From Candidatus Zhuqueibacterota bacterium (GTDB lineage Bacteria; Zhuqueibacterota; Zhuqueibacteria; Residuimicrobiales; Residuimicrobiaceae): a DNA stretch of 64,000 nt. The stretch lies in the NCBI GenBank assembly GCA_963169875.1, contig CAUJEL010000197.1:12395-76394 (forward strand), in the 5' to 3' direction. The position numbers and the translations under genes were made by a program. The notes beneath the pieces were generated by a model, which saw nothing but the letters and a program-made list of their open reading frames with translations, was not told the DNA's origin and did not search any database. Of the stretch, positions 18,634-28,099 are shown piece after piece; position 1 is the first letter of the stretch; the number at the start of each line of letters is the position of its first letter.

Positions 18634-20934
18634 ATGCAAATGAATATGCATAGCTTAACGGATCAATACCGCGCCGCCTGGCAGCGTCTGCTCTATTGGA
18701 CCGGAAGAAGATGGGATATGAATCCCCTGTGTCTGCTGCCGGGCGCCTTGCTGCTGCTGCCATCGCAGCTGTTCCGGATGCCGGGCGTCGGTCTTGATGC
18801 ATCCTATAACATCGCCATTCATCTCGCCTGGCTTCAAGGGTTGACATTTGGCAAAGATTTCTTATTGACCTACGGACCATTGGGTATATTGCTGAATCGG
18901 TTGCCCATTGCGGTCTCTCCGCTGGTCTTCGCGTTGATGGATCTGTACCTCTATATTCAAATCATCCGGCTCCTCATTTTTCTGCTGCGCCGCAGCGATC
19001 CGGGCGGGCAGTGGTTGGTCCTGGCGGCGGTGTTTATCTTCCAGATGGGTGATCCCTATGGCGATGGCATCCTGAAAACCATGTTCATCTTGACCATTTT
19101 CATGATTTATCTTCATGGTACCACCAGGTCCTTTTGGACTTTGCTCAACGCCGGCGTGATGGCCTGCCTGGCTTTTTATATCAAAGTCGATTTTGGGCTG
19201 CCGCTTTTCCTGCTGCTCGTTGCCTATTTGCTGGTTGCCTGGTTGATCGCTGCACCGGATGCAAAACGATATCTGGCTCTGTTTGCAGCGGGCCTGATCG
19301 GCACTGTGACAGCTCTCTCTTTTCTCCTCAACACCTCTCTGCCCGGATTCCTGGCTGCCAGCTATCACCTGGCAATCTCTTTTAATGATGCCATGTCATT
19401 GCCGCTGGGCGTGGCCGGGGCGCCGGATATGAGCTACCTTTTTCTGGCCTTGAGTATTCTGGCTGCTTTTTTGGTTTTTGTTTTTTATCGTTACAAGCAA
19501 CGGCAGTGGGAAGTGCCCGAAGCTGCTATTCTGGCTCTGGTCGCGGCGTTCTTGTTTATCTCATTCAAATATGGATTTGTCCGTGCCGATGCGCACATCC
19601 TGAGCTTTTTTTACAGCGCGCCGTTGATCATCACGATGGTTTACGCCATGACCGCGCAACACGCCCGGCAAACGGCAAAACGCATGCTCTGGCTCGCGGT
19701 ATTGTTCTCTTTTCCCGTTGCGTCCGGCGTGTACGACATGGAGTTCCTCACCGGCAAAATCACCAGGCTGCCCGGCTATTTCTCCGCGCTTGTCGCGGGC
19801 AGACCGCAGCTTCAGGAATCCAGTGACACTTTACCGGTAAAACTGCCCCGTCGTGTGCTGGACCGGATCGACAAATCATCGGTTGATGTGCTGCCGTGGG
19901 AAATATCCATGATCTACTGGAATGGATTGAACTATAATCCGCGGCCGGTGGTGCAATCTTATACCGCGTACGACGGTTATCTCGATCGCCGCAACTATGA
20001 AAAGTATCTGTCAACGACCGCACCCGACTATCTTATCTACACCGTGGGGGAAATCGACGGCCGTCACCCCTTTTTCACCGAATCGCTGACGCGAAAGGCC
20101 ATCCTGGCAAATTATGAAGTGGTGGATTCTTTCGGCGACTATCTGTTGTTCGCCAAACGCGGGGAGGCGATACCTTTTACGGATAGCGCAGTCAGAACCG
20201 CGCAAGCCGAATTGGGACAATTCATCGAAATGCCCGACGACAGTGGATTGCTCATGCTGAACACGGATTTGCAGTACAATCTCTGGGGGCGGCTGGCGCG
20301 ATTCTTCTATAAGCCGCCCATGCTCCATGTGACGGTTAAATTTTCAGATGGGAGCGAGAGGAAGTTTAGGGCCATCAAAACCATGATCAACAGTCCGGTA
20401 TTGGCCAATCGCATGGCAGTGGATGCTTTTTCAGCGAGCCATTTTTTCGAGAGCACCGGCAGGCTGGGTATCGGCGTCAAGGCGATCCGGTTTGAAGATG
20501 AGAAGGGGTGGGGCTTTCGCAAAAGTTTTACGTATCAATTGACGCGGACTGAATATAAAGTGCAACCGTCACCGGCCAGGATGCCCGAACTGCTTGATGC
20601 GATACCGGGCACGGGCCAGCTCAAAGGCAATTTTGACGCTGTCAACGGCGGCTATCTGCGCGGTTGGGCGTTCATCCCGGATTTGCCGAGCCTGGAAAGC
20701 CGGATCTGGATTGTACTTCTGAATCAAACCCGGGCCTTCAAATTGCAAACCATCGCCGAGGTCAGAAACGACATCTCCCGCTACGCCGGTGTTGAGGCCC
20801 TGTACGATTATTCGGGATTTCAGGTGCAGTTGGATTCTTATGCGCTGCCGCCCGCCACGTATCGATTGGGCATTCTGGTGGAGAACGGAACCCAGACCGC
20901 CTTGAGCTGGTCCAACTATACTTATACGCGCTGA
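18634..20934 (+). CDS. Large polytopic membrane protein with a C-terminal soluble domain (possible GT-C-type glycosyltransferase or polymerase)
   Basis: About 12 predicted TM helices in the first ~400 aa, then a ~370-aa hydrophilic domain. There is no clear family signature. The internal ATG at 18634 (MQMNMHSL) was preferred to the ORF-track start. Confidence 0.45.
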   Translation: MQMNMHSLTDQYRAAWQRLLYWTGRRWDMNPLCLLPGALLLLPSQLFRMPGVGLDASYNIAIHLAWLQGLTFGKDFLLTYGPLGILLNRLPIAVSPLVFALMDLYLYIQIIRLLIFLLRRSDPGGQWLVLAAVFIFQMGDPYGDGILKTMFILTIFMIYLHGTTRSFWTLLNAGVMACLAFYIKVDFGLPLFLLLVAYLLVAWLIAAPDAKRYLALFAAGLIGTVTALSFLLNTSLPGFLAASYHLAISFNDAMSLPLGVAGAPDMSYLFLALSILAAFLVFVFYRYKQRQWEVPEAAILALVAAFLFISFKYGFVRADAHILSFFYSAPLIITMVYAMTAQHARQTAKRMLWLAVLFSFPVASGVYDMEFLTGKITRLPGYFSALVAGRPQLQESSDTLPVKLPRRVLDRIDKSSVDVLPWEISMIYWNGLNYNPRPVVQSYTAYDGYLDRRNYEKYLSTTAPDYLIYTVGEIDGRHPFFTESLTRKAILANYEVVDSFGDYLLFAKRGEAIPFTDSAVRTAQAELGQFIEMPDDSGLLMLNTDLQYNLWGRLARFFYKPPMLHVTVKFSDGSERKFRAIKTMINSPVLANRMAVDAFSASHFFESTGRLGIGVKAIRFEDEKGWGFRKSFTYQLTRTEYKVQPSPARMPELLDAIPGTGQLKGNFDAVNGGYLRGWAFIPDLPSLESRIWIVLLNQTRAFKLQTIAEVRNDISRYAGVEALYDYSGFQVQLDSYALPPATYRLGILVENGTQTALSWSNYTYTR

Positions 20935-21284
20935 ATTGTTCTTTGACAAGCTTGTCCATTTTGGGGTGCATGCACCCTCGTGACCCGGGTTCCTGTCTCA
21001 CAGTACAGGGCTTACACCGGTGGCATACACCGCTCCTGTGAGCGCATGAAATATACGGCATAAATTTTGCTATTATATTTCAGCCTGATGTTCTGTTTAA
21101 GCGATTTGCAGAAAATTGTTGAATTTATTGCATATAATCGACATCAAAAAATTCGGCATTTCAACGCATGTCATGTTTTTTTGACAGCTGTCGTAAATTT
21201 ATATCACCTGCCTGCCATAGTAAACCTGATGTGAAGGTTGTTGAATGTCATACCAATAACGAGCAAAATGAAAGGGAAGATGCA

Positions 21285-22760
21285 ATGCAGAAAAAACGAT
21301 ATTTGATCCTCGTCATCGTTTTGTCAGCTGCCATCAGCGCTTCTGCCCAGCTGCGCGTGAAAAACAGCGCCAACCGCGAGGTGGTGATCGCAACCCAGGA
21401 TGGGCGCGTCGGAATTGGCATGACCGCTCCCTCGCAAATCATCGGTACTTTTCATGTGCTGGGATCCAAGTTTTACACAAACTTTTGGGGCATCGACAGC
21501 TGGACCGGCAGCGTAATCCAGACCAATGGCGAGGGGATTCTGAGTAATCAGGTGGAACGTGCCCTGGTCACTGCGGTGCCATATAATGCCACGCCTCCGC
21601 CAAATACGATCTTCCGCAAGGCGGTGACCGCGGTTCTCTGGAACCAGACCGACAACACCTTTCCCATCGCCGCTTCGCTCGCCTTTGATCAGAATTATTC
21701 CGGCATGCGCCAGTTCATTGGTGTGGGCTCCAATGTGGCCTCAGGATTTACCTTCCCTGCAGGCAGTTGGGTGATAACGGGTTATCTCCTCAATAACAGA
21801 ATTGATGATCTCAGCTTCAGCCTTTATTCATCAGGCACCGCCAAATCATACTACAATGGGCCGGTTGGCATAGGCACCACCTTACCGACCGCCGGCTTGC
21901 AGGTGGAACGGGTCGGTCATACCACGACGACGATGAAAGTGTGGACCGACGCGGACGTGACTTTTCACAGCAATGCATTGATCCGCAACAGTCTCCAGGA
22001 TTATAACCGCCAATGGGGCATCAGCAGTGCGGTCAATCATGGCTTTTATACCGGGGGACCCGCATCTCATCAAGCCGCTGTGGGATACATGTATAATGGA
22101 GATCCGCTCAATACAGCATCAAGAGCCGTGGCACAGGGCGGATTGGCGGTCTGTACCAATGTTACGGGCAATCACGATATTGAGGGCGTTCTCGCAAAAG
22201 TGAACGCGGTAAATGCGCGCGCTCTGAATACGCAGAGCTGGGCCGACTTTATCGCCAGCGGTGTGAAAATTGAAATCGACAATAATGCCGCTTATTCAGA
22301 CGTCTATGCCATACATGCCATCGGCGCCAAATCCTATTTCTCGGGCGCCATCGGCATTGGCACGACGAACCCGGGCACAGATATGCTCGACGTCCGCGGC
22401 CGTGCCTACGCCCAGGGCGGCTGGCAGACCGCCGATGCAGACTATGCTGAATGGTTCGAAAAGGAAGGGGAGGCCGGCCCGGGCGATCTCATCGGCATCA
22501 ACCTCAATACGGGCAAAGTGCGCTGCTATCAGCCGGGAGATAAAGTGCTGGGCATCTGCTCCGCCACGCCGGCGGTCGTGGGAAACCGGACACAAGAATC
22601 TGATACGGAGATGGCCCGCTCCCATATTCTCGTTGGATTGCTCGGGCAGTTGGCGTTCAAATCGGATCAGGTTGCGCTCAAGGGCCGCCGTATCGAAACC
22701 CTCGATGGCGAGTATGTAGGCATCTTGCTGGGCAATGGCAAGGCATTCATAGGCCGCTGA
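21285..22760 (+). CDS. Secreted tail-fibre-like repeat protein with a C-terminal intramolecular-chaperone-like self-cleaving domain (peptidase G2 / phage pre-neck-appendage type)
   Basis: Signal peptide. The repeated (V/I)GIGTTxP...L(Q/D)V motifs (VGIGTTLPTAGLQV, IGIGTTNPGTDMLDV) are common in tail-fibre domain proteins. The C-terminus has ADYAEWFE...GDLIGIN...GDKVLGICSATPAVVGN, resembling the SDYAEYFEW block of self-cleaving chaperone domains. Confidence 0.45.
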   Translation: MQKKRYLILVIVLSAAISASAQLRVKNSANREVVIATQDGRVGIGMTAPSQIIGTFHVLGSKFYTNFWGIDSWTGSVIQTNGEGILSNQVERALVTAVPYNATPPPNTIFRKAVTAVLWNQTDNTFPIAASLAFDQNYSGMRQFIGVGSNVASGFTFPAGSWVITGYLLNNRIDDLSFSLYSSGTAKSYYNGPVGIGTTLPTAGLQVERVGHTTTTMKVWTDADVTFHSNALIRNSLQDYNRQWGISSAVNHGFYTGGPASHQAAVGYMYNGDPLNTASRAVAQGGLAVCTNVTGNHDIEGVLAKVNAVNARALNTQSWADFIASGVKIEIDNNAAYSDVYAIHAIGAKSYFSGAIGIGTTNPGTDMLDVRGRAYAQGGWQTADADYAEWFEKEGEAGPGDLIGINLNTGKVRCYQPGDKVLGICSATPAVVGNRTQESDTEMARSHILVGLLGQLAFKSDQVALKGRRIETLDGEYVGILLGNGKAFIGR

Positions 22761-22782
22761 GTCCGGCATATTACCAGGTTTA

Positions 22783-22828
22783 AAAGCCCCTTTGTCAGCT
22801 CAGGCCGCTGCAATGGGGCTTTTTTTTC
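22783..22828 (+). terminator. Rho-independent terminator after the tail-fibre-like gene
   Basis: aaagcccc ... ggggct stem followed by tttttttt, 20 bp downstream of the stop. Confidence 0.5.
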
Positions 22829-23018
22829 ACCTGCCGCTGTCTTGCTGACAAATAAAAATTCAGGCTGTTTTCTCCTGCCGCCCTCCCGGGCTGCGTGTAC
22901 TGTGCGGCGGACTTTAATCTTGATTCTCAGATCCCGAATGGATAATTTGCCAGGTGCGCTGGATCTTTAAAGCGCGAAAAATGTTGAACGTCTTTGGACA
23001 GATGGAGAAGGACAACGA

Positions 23019-24308
23019 ATGAACGGTTTCACGATCACAAAATCCTGCGCCTTGCAAATGGACCACGAGGATCCCTTGCGCGGTTTCGGGCGGCGCTTTT
23101 ACATCCCCCAAAATACCATCTACATGGACGGCAATTCTCTCGGCCTGCTGCCGAGAGCAGCCGAGACCTCGCTGCTGCATACGCTCAACGAATGGAAAAC
23201 GCTGGGTATTCGCGGCTGGCTCGATGGCGAGCCGCCGTGGTTCTATCTGGCCGAACGGCTTGGCGCCATGGCCGCGCCGCTGGTCGGCGCCGCACCTGAG
23301 GAAGTGATCGCAACCGGAACGACCACGGTGAACATCCACGCCCTCATCAGTTCGTTCTATCAACCGCAGGGCAAGAAGCGGAAAATTATCGCCGATGAAC
23401 TGGATTTCCCGACCGACATCTATGCCATCAAAAGTCAGCTGGCACTGCGTGGCATGGATGCGCACACTGATCTGGAATTGATCCCATCTGCGGACGGCCG
23501 CTGCCTCGACGAAGAGCGCATCATCGCCTGCATGAACGAAGAGACCGCATTAGTTTTCCTGCCATCGGTCCTGTACCGCAGCGGCCAGCTGCTGGATCTC
23601 GCGCGGCTGGTGCGGGCGGCCCATGACCGCGGCATTCCCATTGGCTTCGATTGTGCGCACTCGGCCGGCGCGGTGCCGCACCACTTTGATCAATGGGGAG
23701 TGGATTTCGCGGTGTGGTGCGGTTACAAATATCTCAACGGCGGACCGGGCTGTTGCGCGTTTTTGTATGTGAACCGTAACTATTTTGCATTGCAGCCCAT
23801 GCTGTCCGGCTGGTTTGGCAATGTCAAGGAACGCCAGTTCGACATGCGCCTCGATTTCGAGCCGCAGCATTCAGCTGGCGGCTGGCAGATCTCCTCACCG
23901 GGCATTCTCGGTTCTTCCACGCTGCTGGGGGCATTGGGTATACATGCAGAAGCCGGCATGGAGGCCATCCGCAGCAAGTCGCTTTTACTCACTTCTTATT
24001 TCATCTATCTGGCCGATCAGTTGCTCGCCGAAGCGCCCTACTCGTTCCGGATCGGCACACCGCGAGAACCGCAGCGTCGCGGGGGGCACATCGCGCTGGA
24101 AAGGGAGGAGGAAGCGTGGCGGATTTGCGAAGCGTTGAAAGTCCGCGGTGTGGTGCCGGATTTCCGTCCGCCCAATATCATCCGCATCGCGCCGGTGGCG
24201 CTGTATAACACGTTTGCGGAAGTCTGGCGGGTGGTGCAGCATTTGCGGGAGATCATGGACCGGGAGGAGTACAAAAAATTTTCGCAGCAGCGCAAGGCGA
24301 TTTCGTGA
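23019..24308 (+). CDS. kynU: Kynureninase (PLP-dependent)
   Basis: Full-length match to the kynureninase architecture: N-terminal LRGFGRRFYIPxNTIYMDGNSLGL and the PLP-lysine region FAVWCGYKYLNGGPG. Length 429 aa. Confidence 0.85.
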   Translation: MNGFTITKSCALQMDHEDPLRGFGRRFYIPQNTIYMDGNSLGLLPRAAETSLLHTLNEWKTLGIRGWLDGEPPWFYLAERLGAMAAPLVGAAPEEVIATGTTTVNIHALISSFYQPQGKKRKIIADELDFPTDIYAIKSQLALRGMDAHTDLELIPSADGRCLDEERIIACMNEETALVFLPSVLYRSGQLLDLARLVRAAHDRGIPIGFDCAHSAGAVPHHFDQWGVDFAVWCGYKYLNGGPGCCAFLYVNRNYFALQPMLSGWFGNVKERQFDMRLDFEPQHSAGGWQISSPGILGSSTLLGALGIHAEAGMEAIRSKSLLLTSYFIYLADQLLAEAPYSFRIGTPREPQRRGGHIALEREEEAWRICEALKVRGVVPDFRPPNIIRIAPVALYNTFAEVWRVVQHLREIMDREEYKKFSQQRKAIS

Positions 24309-24612
24309 GGCATAGCCAGACAGGGGCTGTGCTCTGATGGCTATTGCAGTGTGCGGAGGTGCCGTTAGAAACCCTGTTTTCGATTGAGGTTTGCTGAGTG
24401 ATGGCCGGGGCAAAATCGGGCCAAGCCGTGGCGAAGAGGGTATTATCGGTACAGAGATATAGTTACGAAATCAAACCGAACTTTTTTTCCCACAATAGTA
24501 GTGTATTATCCTGAAAAAAGAATCGTAGGGGATTTTCAGCGCGACGAATCGTCTCATACGGGAGTAATCTGTTTTGCCGACTGCACCCGAATGAACCCTG
24601 CCTGGCACGGTC

Positions 24613-26217
24613 TTATTTCCCCGCCTCCGCGTCTGCCTGCAAATCCAGCAGTCGCGCGTGCTCGATGGCCTGCATGCGGCCTTTGGGCAGGGTTGGTATG
24701 GCTCCCCAGTCGCCGGATTTGGGCACGGGCCGCACCGCCAGCAATCTTTTCTTCATCCGTGAACGGCCGCGCAAATAATGCACAAAATGATAGCCTGCAA
24801 TAATGGAACGTATTCCTTCGACAGGTTGAAGGAGCGCTTGAAAAAGTTTCATAAAGAGATACCTGGGTCGAAAATGAAAGCGGATGAAGGCGCGATCGCA
24901 AAAGGCATCGATCTCGTCCGGTTTGAGGCCGGGCAGATTGAGCACACAGCGCGGCATGCCATGTTCGGTCAACCAGTCGCGAAAATTTTCCGTGGCCAGA
25001 TAGTTGCGATCCCGATAATACGTATAGGCGCTGGTGCCGGGATAGGGCATGAGAGGGTAAAACTGGGCGCTGTCCGGATTGAGCCGGTAGGCGAACTTTA
25101 GCAGCTCGCGCATGCTCTTGCGCGTTTCGCCTGGAAAGCCGAACATGAAACAACCGTGCACCAGTATGCCCAACTCGCGTGCGTTTTCCATAAAGGTTTG
25201 CGCGAGTTCCTCGGTTTCATTTTTGTTCATGCTGTAAAAGAACTCTGTGTTCATGGAGTCAAATCCAACCGAGCAAATGCGCAGGCCCGCATCCTTGAGG
25301 GATTCGAGGCTGCTGCGGTCGAGATGGGCGCGCACATTGGCGAAAAAGGGCAACTTGATGCGGCGGTATTTGGCCACTTCACCGAGCCGGCGCGCAAAAA
25401 CGCGGTCATCACCAAAATTATCATCCTCAAAATTGATCTGCTTGATCTCAGGCATGTTTTCCTGAATCCATAACATTTCGTTGGCGATATCTTCGGCCGT
25501 GCGGTGTCGGTAGGCATGGCCATGGCTGATCTGCGGATAGGCACAAAAGAAACACTTGGATTTGCAGCCGCGGCCGGCGATGATCTGCACCATGGGATTA
25601 TGGGAAAGATTAAAGTAATAATTTCGCGGTACGAGAAAACGCTTGTAGACGGGTGAAACCCAGGAGAGTTGGTCCAGATGTTGGCGGGGAAGGCGTTCCG
25701 GCGTCCGCTGCCAGCCCTTGCCGGTGCGAAAAATCACGCCGGCAATATCTGAAACATCACGATTCCCCTCCAGCGCTGCGGCCATCTCCGCGATGGTGTC
25801 GTCATATTCTCCCAGCGCGATGAAATCGACGGCGGGCGCCCGCTCCATGGTCTCGTCATGGAGGGCGGTGACGTGATTGCCCACCAGGCAAATCTTGATG
25901 CGGGGATGCGCTCTTTTAATGACATTGGCCACCTCACAGTCGGAGTACCAGCTCGGTGTGGAGGATTCCATGACGATCAGGTCGGGCCGGAATTTGCCGA
26001 TTTCTTGATCGAGGGCGGACATAGTCATCCGGGCTGGAGGACAGTCGATGAGATGAATCTCATGGCCTTTTTCTTCGGTCTCCGCAGCAGCCTGGGCCAG
26101 CCAATAGGGATAGAACATGGTCTCCGATTTGAAAACAGCCGGCATGCGATGGCTGCGGCTGAAACGCGGCAGAAAAGGCGGGTTGATAAATTGTACGCGC
26201 ATGTGACGAATATCCAT
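24613..26217 (-). CDS. B12-binding-domain radical SAM protein (class B radical SAM methyltransferase-like)
   Basis: N-terminal cobalamin-binding Rossmann region, then a CxxxCxxC cluster (CKSKCFFC) at the start of the radical-SAM core. 534 aa. Confidence 0.75.
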   Translation of the reverse strand: MDIRHMRVQFINPPFLPRFSRSHRMPAVFKSETMFYPYWLAQAAAETEEKGHEIHLIDCPPARMTMSALDQEIGKFRPDLIVMESSTPSWYSDCEVANVIKRAHPRIKICLVGNHVTALHDETMERAPAVDFIALGEYDDTIAEMAAALEGNRDVSDIAGVIFRTGKGWQRTPERLPRQHLDQLSWVSPVYKRFLVPRNYYFNLSHNPMVQIIAGRGCKSKCFFCAYPQISHGHAYRHRTAEDIANEMLWIQENMPEIKQINFEDDNFGDDRVFARRLGEVAKYRRIKLPFFANVRAHLDRSSLESLKDAGLRICSVGFDSMNTEFFYSMNKNETEELAQTFMENARELGILVHGCFMFGFPGETRKSMRELLKFAYRLNPDSAQFYPLMPYPGTSAYTYYRDRNYLATENFRDWLTEHGMPRCVLNLPGLKPDEIDAFCDRAFIRFHFRPRYLFMKLFQALLQPVEGIRSIIAGYHFVHYLRGRSRMKKRLLAVRPVPKSGDWGAIPTLPKGRMQAIEHARLLDLQADAEAGK

Positions 26218-26401
26218 TTACTTGAAGTGTGTCTAACTGTATTTATAATAGTAAATTAAATGCATATATGCAATCTTTTTTTCCGGTTTGTGAAAAAGCT
26301 GTTTTCAGCCAGCACAAAGATGAACTTGCAATTGGATGTTTGATTTGATAACTTTCAAAGTGAAGGCATCCAACAACGTAATCATGAGGAGATGCACCGT
26401 C

Positions 26402-27766
26402 ATGATGCAATCGATTAATCCTGCAACCGGACAGCTGCTGCGCACCTGGCCGGTCATGAATTCAGGACAAGTGGAATCCATTATCACCGCTGCGGCCCCG
26501 GCGCAGCAGACGTGGGCGAGAAGCGAATTCAGCGAACGCGCGAAAATATTGCGCGAGGCAGCCACACGGCTGCGCCAGCGCGCGCCGGAATACGCCCGGC
26601 TCATGGCGCAAGAGATGGGCAAGCCGGTGCGCCAGGGAGCCTCTGAAATGGAAAAATGCGCCTGGGTGTGCGACTATTATGCCGAACACGGTGCGGCATT
26701 TCTGCAATCTGAAATGGTGGCCAGCGACGCCCGCGAGAGCTATATCTGTTTCAATCCGCTTGGCGTCATCCTCGCCGTGATGCCGTGGAATTTTCCTTTC
26801 TGGCAGGTATTCCGTTTTGCGGCGCCCGCACTCATGGCGGGCAACGGCGCGCTCCTCAAACACGCCTCCAACGTCAGCGGCTGCGCCCTGGCCATTGAAG
26901 AGATATTTCATCAGGCCGGCATTCCCCGCGACCTTTTTCGCACTTTGCTGGTTGGCAGCGATGCGGTGGAATCCGTCATCGCGCACCCCGGGGTTGCGGC
27001 TGTGAGCCTGACAGGAAGCACGGCGGCCGGCCAGGCGGTTGCGGCCGCGGCTGGACGCCATCTGAAAAAATGCGTGCTCGAGCTGGGCGGTTCTGATCCC
27101 TACGTCGTACTCGAAGACGCGGACGTGGAAAAAGCCGCATCCATCTGCGTGCAGGGACGCATGATCAATACGGGACAGAGCTGCATCGCCGCGAAGCGTT
27201 TTATTGTGGTGGATGCGGTCCGGCAGCCGTTCGAATCCAAAGTGCTTGAGCTGATGTGGCGCTACAAGCCCGGCAATCCCCTGGAGGAGAACGCGGAGAT
27301 CGGGCCTCTGGCGCGGCTGGATTTGCGCGATGAACTGCATCAGCAGGTTATGCGCAGCGTCGAAAAGGGCGCGCGGCTGTTACTGGGCGGCGAGATCCCG
27401 CCCGGCCCCGGCGCCTTTTATCCGCCGACGCTGCTGACCGATGTGAAACCGGGCATGCCCGCCTACGAAGAGGAGATTTTCGGACCGGTGGCGGTGATCA
27501 TCCCGGTGCCGGATGAAACGTCCGCCCTCAAAGTGGCCAATGACACGCCCTTCGGCCTCGGTGCGGCGATTTTCACACGGGATATGGAAAAAGGTAAACG
27601 CCTGGCGGAAGTAGAAATCGCGGCGGGCAGCTGTTTTGTCAATGCCTTTGTCCGCTCTGATCCGCGCCTGCCCTTCGGCGGCATCAAACAGAGCGGCTAT
27701 GGCCGCGAATTGTCGGTTTTCGGCATCCGCGAATTTGTCAATATCAAGACCGTTTATGTGGGATGA
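26402..27766 (+). CDS. NAD(P)+-dependent aldehyde dehydrogenase (succinate-semialdehyde dehydrogenase-like)
   Basis: ALDH superfamily signatures are present: the FNTGQSCIAAKRF catalytic Cys region, LELGGSDP (Glu) and the NPATGQLL start. Confidence 0.8.
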   Translation: MMQSINPATGQLLRTWPVMNSGQVESIITAAAPAQQTWARSEFSERAKILREAATRLRQRAPEYARLMAQEMGKPVRQGASEMEKCAWVCDYYAEHGAAFLQSEMVASDARESYICFNPLGVILAVMPWNFPFWQVFRFAAPALMAGNGALLKHASNVSGCALAIEEIFHQAGIPRDLFRTLLVGSDAVESVIAHPGVAAVSLTGSTAAGQAVAAAAGRHLKKCVLELGGSDPYVVLEDADVEKAASICVQGRMINTGQSCIAAKRFIVVDAVRQPFESKVLELMWRYKPGNPLEENAEIGPLARLDLRDELHQQVMRSVEKGARLLLGGEIPPGPGAFYPPTLLTDVKPGMPAYEEEIFGPVAVIIPVPDETSALKVANDTPFGLGAAIFTRDMEKGKRLAEVEIAAGSCFVNAFVRSDPRLPFGGIKQSGYGRELSVFGIREFVNIKTVYVG

Positions 27767-27812
27767 AGGAATTGCCTGCGTATCTGTGAAAAGTGCTGGT
27801 TTCCCATTGTTT

Positions 27813-27990
27813 GTAGTTCCGCCTTCAGGCGGCGTTTTTGCCGGCTAAAGCCGGAACTACGAACGTTTGCTATTGCTGAATCATCGGGGAATTGAACCCA
27901 GTGTACAGTCCCCGCCTTCAGGCGGCGTTTTTGCCGGCTAAAGCCGGAACTACGAACATTTGCTATTGCTGAATCATCGGGGAATTGAAC
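27813..27990 (+). repeat. Two near-identical tandem copies (79 bp, period 93) of a double-hairpin palindromic element (REP/MITE-like; the first hairpin is terminator-like)
   Basis: The unit ccgccttcaggcggcgtttttgccggctaaagccggaactacgaac(g/a)tttgctattgctgaatcatcggggaattgaac occurs at 27819-27897 and 27912-27990 with one mismatch. It contains the hairpins ccgcc-ttca-ggcgg (followed by cgttttt) and ccggc-taaa-gccgg, flanked by inverted gtagttcc/ggaactac. Confidence 0.8.
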
Positions 27991-28099
27991 ATTATTCACG
28001 GTACCCGCCGGAGAGATGCCACATCCTGGCACGGCTATCGGGTGCGGCTGACTGTGCCCGTCTTTATGCAGGTCACGCCATGAACAGAATATCCAACCC

